From positions 1 through 43,587 of the IMG/VR virus record IMGVR_UViG_3300022895_000015: a stretch of 43,587 nt of DNA; one strand, given 5' to 3'. Numbering within the stretch: position 1 is the first letter of the stretch; each line of letters opens with the position of its first letter. Position numbers and translations under genes: made by a program. Below, one piece after another: positions 8,366 to 15,164 of this stretch. The notes beneath the pieces were generated by a model, which had not been told where the DNA came from, searched no databases, and saw only the letters and a program-made list of their open reading frames with translations. This stretch comes from a virus (taxonomy: Duplodnaviria; Caudoviricetes).

Positions 8366-9025
8366 TTAGAAGATTTCCAGCTTGGAAACCACGACTCCGC
8401 AGATCGATGCATCTTCGGGTAGCTCGATAATCGGATCAGGCCAAGATGGGTTCAGCGGTTTCAAAAATCTCCGCGCCCCCTCTAGAACCAGTTGTTTAAA
8501 CGTCGCTTCCTTGCTGTCGGCGAGCTTGGCAATAACCATCGATCCGTTCTCGTAGTCCTTGTTCGGATCGACAAAAATGATGTCGCCATCAAGGAACGAG
8601 CGCCTCTCATGGGGGTTGTACATCGATAGGCCTCGCACCCTCAGCGCAAACGTCGCGCTGCTGTGTGACACCGCGCAAGGTAGCCAGTTTTCTACGTCCT
8701 GCAGTTCGAGCACATCTTGCATTTCACACCAAGCTCCCGCCTGCACCCAAGAAATCAGCGGGACAAATCCGCGAATACGTGGACCTGGTTCGATGTTGGA
8801 GTTCGGGCCGGTCGCGATGTCAGGCGCTTCCCCGCCTTTCCAAAGCCACTCACTGGTCACGCCTAGGGCTTTCGCCAGCTTTTCTACGTTTGCCTGGCGT
8901 GGGCTTGCCGAAGTTCCACTGAGGATGCGGTGGATAGTCGGCTGCGGTACCCCTGAGCGTCTTCCTAATTCCCCTTCGGACCACTCCAGTTCATGCATTC
9001 GCTGTGCTACGCGCTTTCCTATCAC
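8366..9025 (-). CDS. cI: CI/PrtR-like repressor (HTH + S24 autopeptidase)
   Basis: HTH ELGRRSGVPQPTIHRIL, cleavage site VQAG, catalytic GLSM and TFKQL; GTG at 9025 preferred because the longer frame runs through the operators. Confidence 0.93.
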   Translation of the reverse strand: MIGKRVAQRMHELEWSEGELGRRSGVPQPTIHRILSGTSASPRQANVEKLAKALGVTSEWLWKGGEAPDIATGPNSNIEPGPRIRGFVPLISWVQAGAWCEMQDVLELQDVENWLPCAVSHSSATFALRVRGLSMYNPHERRSFLDGDIIFVDPNKDYENGSMVIAKLADSKEATFKQLVLEGARRFLKPLNPSWPDPIIELPEDASICGVVVSKLEIF

Positions 9026-9037
9026 GGCCTGTGCTCT

Positions 9038-9113
9038 GATTCGTTTACGTATCGGAATTGTATTGCTCTGTTTAATTCGTTTGGGTATTATCACTCCAAT
9101 TCGATAACGCATC
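9038..9113. promoter_or_regulatory. OR region: three operators, PR and PRM
   Basis: GATTCGTTTACGTATC 9038-9053, AATTCGTTTGGGTATT 9074-9089, AATTCGATAACGCATC 9098-9113; PR TTGCTC-17-TATTAT (9063-9091); minus-strand TACAAT at 9057-9062. Confidence 0.8.
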
Positions 9114-9123
9114 GGTGGGTGCA

Positions 9124-9318
9124 ATGACCATTCAAGAGATGCTTCAAAAGCTGATTGATCTGGGGTTTTCGCAACGTGCTATCGCAGATCGGGTTGGCGT
9201 TACGCAGCCAACTATCTATCGAGCCACAAAAGGTGCAGCCGTCCGCTATGAGGTGGGTAAGGCTATTGAGCTGTTCTATGAAGAGCAAAAGAAGGTTGCT
9301 GAAAAGCAGCAAAAGTAA
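9124..9318 (+). CDS. cro: Cro-like HTH protein
   Basis: SQRAIADRVGVTQPTIYR; divergent from cI; recognition helix QPTI.R shared with CI. Confidence 0.88.
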   Translation: MTIQEMLQKLIDLGFSQRAIADRVGVTQPTIYRATKGAAVRYEVGKAIELFYEEQKKVAEKQQK

Positions 9319-9323
9319 GGACT

Positions 9324-9477
9324 GCTGAGCTGAGGCCTCTCACCACAAGATCCCTCAGCTCAGCGAGCGCGGCGCAAAAGCGCCGTTGCACCCGCCATCC
9401 GGTTGCCTCTCACCACAAGATTCGCCGGATGACTAGAACCGCGTGAAATGCCCGCACAGCACGCAAAGCACAGCACA
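9324..9477 (+). promoter_or_regulatory. Structured cro-cII leader with duplicated 17-nt loop motif
   Basis: GCCTCTCACCACAAGAT at 9335 and 9405, each inside a different stem; CGGCGC-AAAA-GCGCCG hairpin between them; GCACAGCAC at 9454 and 9468. Confidence 0.7.
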
Positions 9478-9545
9478 TCGGTCGTATTCACAGGATAGGA
9501 CGTTGAAAGCCCTGTGACTACACCGTAAACCGAGGATTTACGGTT

Positions 9546-10034
9546 ATGAGTCGCGTTGATCTATTACCGGACGCCGGTCCGGTCCTCGCATTGCGCCAGG
9601 CGCTCTATCGCGCTGGTCGCGACTATCACGGCGGCATCACCAAGCTGGCCTTCGATATGGTCATGGACGTGGATGCCCTGCAGAAAAAGCTTCACCCCAC
9701 AGAAGAGCGTCGCTGGCCCAGCCCGGACGAGATTGAAGAGATCGTCCGCTGGACTGGTGATCCACGGCTGCTTGATGCGCTCGTCCGTCCGGCATGTGCC
9801 GTCTGGTATCGCCCGGAGCCTGTCCCAGCGACCAATGAGGCGCTGCAGGCGGTAGCGAAGCTGCTTGAGGAGTCCAGCGAATTTGTCGGTACCTTGCACG
9901 ACGGCGCCGCTGACAACGTGTGGACGGCTGCCGAAGTGCTCGACCTTGAGCGTCGCGGCATGGATGTGATCCGCCAGGTGCTTGCCATCATGGCGGGTGC
10001 GCGTCAGGCCATGGAGGACGAAGCTCATGGCTGA
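9546..10034 (+). CDS. Phage regulatory CII-family protein
   Basis: YHGG..LA..M..L.KKL.P pattern; position after cro; GAGG RBS. Confidence 0.78.
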   Translation: MSRVDLLPDAGPVLALRQALYRAGRDYHGGITKLAFDMVMDVDALQKKLHPTEERRWPSPDEIEEIVRWTGDPRLLDALVRPACAVWYRPEPVPATNEALQAVAKLLEESSEFVGTLHDGAADNVWTAAEVLDLERRGMDVIRQVLAIMAGARQAMEDEAHG

Positions 10035-10230
10035 TGTGATCGATGTGGCCAATGACCAGGCCGACTACCACCTGCAGGTGGCGCTTCAGCGCCGCGTTCG
10101 CCCAGCGACTAAGCCGAGCGCGCAGTTCTGTGAAGACTGCGATGAACCAATCCCGGAGGTGCGGCAGCAACTGGTGGCGGGGTGCGAGACTTGCATCAGC
10201 TGCCAGGAACTGCGGGAGCGCCGCAGATGA
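10027..10230 (+). CDS. TraR/DksA C4 zinc-finger protein
   Basis: MAD.ID.A, CEDC..PIPE.R..GC..CISCQ. Confidence 0.9.
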   Translation: MADVIDVANDQADYHLQVALQRRVRPATKPSAQFCEDCDEPIPEVRQQLVAGCETCISCQELRERRR

Positions 10231-12995
10231 GCGAAGGGCCAACCTCTACCACAGCTGATTGGGCGCGGCGGTACATTGAAGCCTTCGATCTCGCCTTGGT
10301 TCCGATTGAACCAGGTGAGAAGGGGCCGAAGGGTGCCGGCTGGAACAAGCCGGGTGGCTATTTCACGGACGCCTCGAAGGCTGAAGCGTTTTGGACTGCG
10401 AGCCCGAACCACAACCTCGGTGTTGTTCTCGGGCCAAGTCGCGTCTGTTCGCTGGATGTTGATGATGTCGAACTGACCCGGCAGGTTCTGCAGCAGACGC
10501 TTGGGCTTGATGTCGATGCACTCGCTGACGCCTACCCGACATCTGTGGGCAACCCTGAACGATTCCGCGTGATGTTCCGCGTCCCCGAGGGCGTTGAGCT
10601 AAGTCGCCACGCTCTGGTTTGGCCAAACAAGAACGACCCTGATGGCACCATCTACAAAGGACTGATGGTGCAAGTGAAGGCTGCCATGGAAGAGGGAGAT
10701 GCAGGCCGCGAGGCAGCTTACCGCATGGCGGCTGAGCCCTTCAAGAAAGTGACGGTCTTCGAGCTGCGGGGCGGCTTGGTGCAGGACGTATTGCCGCCAT
10801 CCATTCACCCAGGCACTCGCAAGCCCTACACATGGCGTACCCCGCCGAGCGCTGACGGCTTGCCAGAGCTGCCGACCAACTTGCTGGCCATCTGGCAGGA
10901 CTGGGACGATTTCAAGCCGAAGGGGGAGGCCGTTTGCCCTTGGAAGCCAAAGGCGGCAGCGTCTGTGCCCGCAGTTCGTCCAGTGGCCAAGTCATCACCA
11001 GCTGCAGCTCGAGCCGTTGATCGGCTCCCCGAGGTCATCCCTGAGTTCAATCGCATCCATGATATTGCCACGATGATTGAGGCGCACGGTTACAAGCGCA
11101 TCGATGGGAAGTGGTTGAGCCCACACAGCAGCTCAGGACTACCCGGTGTAACGATCACTGAAGGCAAACTCTATTCGCATCACACGTCTGATCCACTGGC
11201 CAACGGACACAAGAATGATGCGTTCGATGTGTTCTGCATCTTGATGCACGACGGCGACCAGAAAGCTGCGACCAGAGCGGCTGCTCGAATCCTTGGTATA
11301 GATGCGAAGTCCCGTCCGCCTGCGCCGCCGCCATTGGGCGAGCTTCCCCATACCCCATCGGTGGTCGAGCAGGCCGACCATGCTTCATTCATCGACAATG
11401 ACGTCGAAGGCCCTCCCCATTCTCCTTCGGACGACGAAGCATCCAGCCCGGCCGGCTCCTCGGCTACCGGGGGGGCAGGGGGTGACGCCCTGGATATTGA
11501 TGGTGCGATGCGCCGCTTCGCCCTGGTCGAAGGCACCACCAGCGTGTGGGACTTGGACAAGGGGCGGTCGATGAAGCGGACAGGCTTCGAGGCTCTGGTC
11601 GGCAAGCCGCTCGCGAAGGAGTGGATGGAGCGGACTGATAAGAAGCTGATCGCGACAGAGCAGGCTCAGGAGCTTGATCAGGCCCGCCGTATGTCGGCCA
11701 AGAAAGGCGGGGCGTTGAAGCTCGACCCCATCGAGCGCTACGTGTACATCGACGGCACCAAGGACGTGTGGGACCGGGAGAAGAAGCGTCGTATCGCCGA
11801 GGGGGCCGTAAAAATGGCCATGGGAGAAGAGTACAAGTGGTGGCTCAACAGCCAAGATCGGCGTGTCGTGGATGTCGACCACATCGTATTCGACCCCACC
11901 ATGACCAAGGATCCCAACCTTTACATCAACACTTTCGAGGGGCTCCCGCTGGAGCCTGTGCGTGATGACGCGGCGTGCGAGAACCTGCGCTGGTTGATTT
12001 CCTTTCTCTGCAACCATGATGAGGAAGCACTGGGCTGGCTGACGAAGTGGTTGGCATTCCCGCTGCAGAACATGGGAGCCAAGATGGACACTGCGGTGCT
12101 GATGCATTCCATCATGGAGGGCTCAGGCAAGAGTTTGTTGTTCGCGGACATTTTCGGCCAGCTGTACGGCCAGTACGCGGCGACCGTTGGCCAGACTCAG
12201 TTGGAGGGTAGCTTCAACGCCTGGCAAAGCCGGAAGCTGTGGGCTGTATTCGAGGAGGTCGTAAGCCGGGACCAGCGTTACAACCAGGTCGGCAAAATCA
12301 AGCACATGATCACCGGCAAGACCGTGCGCATGGAATCGAAGTTCATCAACGGCTGGGAAGAAGCCAACCACATGAATGCGGTCTTTCTGAGCAATGAAAT
12401 CATGCCGTGGCCCATCAGCGAAGATGATCGTCGGATGCTTGTGATGTGGCCCTTGCAAACATTGCCAGTTGATCGCCAGAAGGCTATCGGTCGGGAGCTG
12501 AGCAACGGAGGGGTGGCGGCACTATATGGTTGGCTGCTCGCGGTCGACCTTGGAGATTTCAACCAGCGAACCCGTCCTCCCAAGACCGAGGCCCGGCAAC
12601 GTTTGGTCGCGCTTAGCCGTACTGCATGGCAAACTTTCCTTCACCTCTGGCAAACTGGAGAACTAGGCCGAGGTTTATGGGGTTGCTGTCTCGCGACCGA
12701 CCTGTATGCGTTGTTCATTGAGTGGTGCTCACGTAACAAAGAGCATGCCATGAGTCAGACGAAGTTCTCGCTGATGCTCAGTGCGACGGTGGAGAAGACG
12801 CGCTCGATCCCATGGACAGAGGGGAATAATCGCCGTTTTGCGGCGTTCTTCTTCCCTGATGATCCCCAGGCTTCCCTGCCCCCATCGTTCAATGCGGCCG
12901 AGCTGGGGCAAGCCGTTATCACCTGGCGCAGCAAGGCGAAACTTGCAGGGTGGAACGTCGACGCGTGGGAACACGTGAAGGGGGTCGCTGCATGA
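10227..12995 (+). CDS. Primase-polymerase fused to SF3-type helicase
   Basis: N-terminal K.P..GW, NLG, LDVD, LPPSIHP Prim-Pol motifs; C-terminal Walker A GSGKS, FEE, FLSN. Confidence 0.88.
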   Translation: MSEGPTSTTADWARRYIEAFDLALVPIEPGEKGPKGAGWNKPGGYFTDASKAEAFWTASPNHNLGVVLGPSRVCSLDVDDVELTRQVLQQTLGLDVDALADAYPTSVGNPERFRVMFRVPEGVELSRHALVWPNKNDPDGTIYKGLMVQVKAAMEEGDAGREAAYRMAAEPFKKVTVFELRGGLVQDVLPPSIHPGTRKPYTWRTPPSADGLPELPTNLLAIWQDWDDFKPKGEAVCPWKPKAAASVPAVRPVAKSSPAAARAVDRLPEVIPEFNRIHDIATMIEAHGYKRIDGKWLSPHSSSGLPGVTITEGKLYSHHTSDPLANGHKNDAFDVFCILMHDGDQKAATRAAARILGIDAKSRPPAPPPLGELPHTPSVVEQADHASFIDNDVEGPPHSPSDDEASSPAGSSATGGAGGDALDIDGAMRRFALVEGTTSVWDLDKGRSMKRTGFEALVGKPLAKEWMERTDKKLIATEQAQELDQARRMSAKKGGALKLDPIERYVYIDGTKDVWDREKKRRIAEGAVKMAMGEEYKWWLNSQDRRVVDVDHIVFDPTMTKDPNLYINTFEGLPLEPVRDDAACENLRWLISFLCNHDEEALGWLTKWLAFPLQNMGAKMDTAVLMHSIMEGSGKSLLFADIFGQLYGQYAATVGQTQLEGSFNAWQSRKLWAVFEEVVSRDQRYNQVGKIKHMITGKTVRMESKFINGWEEANHMNAVFLSNEIMPWPISEDDRRMLVMWPLQTLPVDRQKAIGRELSNGGVAALYGWLLAVDLGDFNQRTRPPKTEARQRLVALSRTAWQTFLHLWQTGELGRGLWGCCLATDLYALFIEWCSRNKEHAMSQTKFSLMLSATVEKTRSIPWTEGNNRRFAAFFFPDDPQASLPPSFNAAELGQAVITWRSKAKLAGWNVDAWEHVKGVAA

Positions 12996-13008
12996 AACCA
13001 AGAACCTC

Positions 13009-13300
13009 TGTGTTGGGTGTGTTGGGTTTGTGTTGGGTCGGTCTGAGCAACCCAACACGCATAGAACCCCCAAAATTCAAGGCTTCCCGTGCCCCTGTGT
13101 TGGGTGTGTTGGGTTTGCGCACACGCGCGCGTGCGGGTGACTTATTTCTCATGCTTCGGCAGGCCAACAAAAAAACCTATGCGAGGACTCAAAAACCCAA
13201 CAAACCCAACACACTCAACACAACTACTAATAAGGTATTGAATTTATTGGGTTTTATCTGTGTTGGGTTTGTGTTGGGTTGGCTAAATGTGTGTTGGGTT
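13009..13300. repeat. Iteron cluster, probable replication origin
   Basis: About 12 copies of TGTGTTGGG in both orientations plus an AT-rich segment (~13221-13258), directly after the primase-helicase. Confidence 0.8.
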
Positions 13301-13320
13301 CTAATTTCGGGGGGTACGCG

Positions 13321-13866
13321 ATGAGCATGGATCAGGAATTGGGGCTCCTGCTGCGTGTCACGCAGCACCAGGTTGATATGGCAGAGCTGATTGATGCTGC
13401 CGAGCGCTTGCGGTTGGTTGGTGAGCTGATGCGCCATTGGGGCGAGCAGCGGCGGCAGGTCGGGCTGGAGGCGAGCCTTGGCAGTCAAATGGGCACGATC
13501 ATGGAGTGGAAGGGGGCGGCCCCGCGTGGTGGCGTGTCGGGGCATCGCATTCTGGTTGCCGGGGCTGGCTTGGATCACCCTGCGGCAGAAGTGGACGCTG
13601 CCGTCGTCCAACTGGGGAGGCGCGACAAACGGGGCGAGACCTTGGCCAAGCTGGCAGAGATGCGGTACTTCCTGGGCTTCACTGTTCGGGAGCAAATGAG
13701 GGTAGTGGGGCTGGCAGAAGATGCTGACCGTACCTATCGCAACTGGGTCAAAGCCCTGCATCTTCAGGTGTTTGCGATCCTGGCTGCGAGGTCTGGCAGG
13801 GTTCGGCAGCAGACCGTTCGTCGGGTCAATATGCGCCGAGCGTGCGCCGAGGATGCGCCGAAGTAG
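13321..13866 (+). CDS. Putative late-gene regulator (Q position, pyocin PA0613-like)
   Basis: Position between replication and holin; LMRHWGE and LAEMRY..Q...TYRNWV..LH C-terminal HTH-like pattern. Confidence 0.65.
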   Translation: MSMDQELGLLLRVTQHQVDMAELIDAAERLRLVGELMRHWGEQRRQVGLEASLGSQMGTIMEWKGAAPRGGVSGHRILVAGAGLDHPAAEVDAAVVQLGRRDKRGETLAKLAEMRYFLGFTVREQMRVVGLAEDADRTYRNWVKALHLQVFAILAARSGRVRQQTVRRVNMRRACAEDAPK

Positions 13867-13925
13867 CGCCGAAGCGGAGAACCGAAAACAGCCCCTTTTC
13901 GGTTTTTCCGGTGGCCTGTAAAAAG
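13833..13925 (+). promoter_or_regulatory. Late promoter region: four phased heptamers and an inverted repeat
   Basis: GCGCCGA at 13833, 13844, 13855 and 13866; AACCGAAAA-7-TTTTCGGTT at 13880-13904; only a weak -10 (TAAAAA). Confidence 0.55.
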
Positions 13926-14008
13926 TCACCACGATGTGAAAAGTGCGCTTAGGCGCTGACCCAACAAGCACTGTGCTGTGCAACCCGCCCCGACTTCTCG
14001 GTGCATCG

Positions 14009-14040
14009 AGAACCCTGCCAACCGGCGGGGTTTTCTTTTT
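14009..14040 (+). terminator. tR'-like terminator before holin
   Basis: AACCCTGCC-AACC-GGCGGGGTT followed by TTCTTTTT. Confidence 0.8.
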
Positions 14041-14070
14041 CCGGCGCCGTGCTTTGCCAATGAGGCTTAC

Positions 14071-14418
14071 ATGAACAGCGAGCAACAAGCGTTAGCCGAA
14101 CTGCCGATCTGGATGGTGATAGTGCTGTCCCTGGTCGGCGGTGTGTCGGGAGAGATGTGGCGGGCGGACAAGGCGGGTGCTCGTGGTTGGGGGCTGATTC
14201 GCCGGTTGGCTCTGCGCTCGGGTGCCTGCGTTACCTGCGGGCTGTCGACCAACATGCTGCTGTACGCCCTCGGTGTTTCGGTGTGGGCTGCTGCAGCTGT
14301 CGGGTGCCTGACCGCGATGGCCGGCGCCGATGTGGCGATCAACCTCTACGAGCGCTGGGCCGCCAAGCGGCTGGGCATCGAGCAGGTGCCGCCGCAGGCT
14401 GGCGAGCCGGGGCAGTGA
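14071..14418 (+). CDS. Holin (pyocin R/F-type)
   Basis: Hydrophobic helices; GGVSGEMWRADK.G motif; GAGG RBS. Confidence 0.85.
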   Translation: MNSEQQALAELPIWMVIVLSLVGGVSGEMWRADKAGARGWGLIRRLALRSGACVTCGLSTNMLLYALGVSVWAAAAVGCLTAMAGADVAINLYERWAAKRLGIEQVPPQAGEPGQ

Positions 14419-14438
14419 GCCGGCCGGCGGCCCCGGCA

Positions 14439-14567
14439 GGGCGGGGGACCCTGGCGATATGGCCGGGGTACGGGACCGGGAACCCGCGCTTCTTCGTTAG
14501 CGGGTGGTTCACCAGCTTAGTGAACTGCGGTGAACTGGTTAACCCCCTGATTTTATTGGATGAACTG
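14439..14567 (+). other. Candidate cos packaging region
   Basis: Non-coding gap before terS; GGGCGGGGACCC matches lambda cosN at 10 of 12 positions; TGAACTG at 14521, 14531 and 14561 as R-site candidates. Confidence 0.5.
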
Positions 14568-14578
14568 GACTTTGCGAC

Positions 14579-15160
14579 ATGACGTACCTGACGAAATCGG
14601 AGTTCGCTGCCCGTCACGGATGGTCGAAATCCTACGTCTCTAAACTGGCCAAGCAGGAACGGCTGGTGCTGACCGACGACGGCAAGGTCGACGTCGAAGC
14701 CACTGAGCTGCTGCTGGCTGAGTCCGCCGATCCGAGCAAGGCAGCTGTGGCTGCCCGGCATGAAGAAAACCGCGTTGAGCGGGATGTCCGAAGCCAGCTC
14801 CAGCCCGGCCCCGGCCCACTAGCGGTGTCGCAGCCGGATCCAGCACCTGGCGGGGCTCACAATTTCCAGAAGGCGAAGGCGCACCGCGAGTACTACCTCG
14901 CCCAGTTGGCCGAGGCTGAGTTCAACAAAGTCCAAGGCAATCTGGTCGAGCGAAAAGCGGTGGAAGATGCTGCCTACACGGCAGGCCGGATGCTGCGCGA
15001 CCAGTTATTTGGGCTCGCCCCGCAGCTTGCCGCCGAGCTGGTCGGTATGAGTGACCCGTGGGAGATCGAAAAACATCTCGCGAGCGCCTTCCGCCGCGTT
15101 CTAACCGAGGTCAGCAAGATGAGCGATGCCGACCTTAACCTAGCCATCACACAGAGCTGA
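14579..15160 (+). CDS. Terminase small subunit
   Basis: N-terminal winged HTH (KSEFAARHGWSKSYVSKL), LAE.EF..G.LV coiled coil; precedes terL. Confidence 0.88.
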   Translation: MTYLTKSEFAARHGWSKSYVSKLAKQERLVLTDDGKVDVEATELLLAESADPSKAAVAARHEENRVERDVRSQLQPGPGPLAVSQPDPAPGGAHNFQKAKAHREYYLAQLAEAEFNKVQGNLVERKAVEDAAYTAGRMLRDQLFGLAPQLAAELVGMSDPWEIEKHLASAFRRVLTEVSKMSDADLNLAITQS

Positions 15161-15164
15161 GCCT

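Noticed and set aside
9001-9035. AGCACAG(C) copies around the cI start as further targets of the motif
   Set aside because: Only 7-8 nt, and such matches also occur by chance in coding regions (e.g. ~18621, ~22173); not counted as evidence
9026-9124. N-terminal extension of cI given in the ORF track
   Set aside because: Runs through the operators and promoters and overlaps the cro start
9448-9498. 16-aa leader peptide MPAQHAKHSTSVVFTG over the GCACAGCAC sites
   Set aside because: No convincing SD; cannot be supported without ribosome profiling
13009-13300. TGTGTTGGG cluster as CRISPR or a microsatellite
   Set aside because: 9-mers in both orientations without unique spacers; position after the primase-helicase fits iterons
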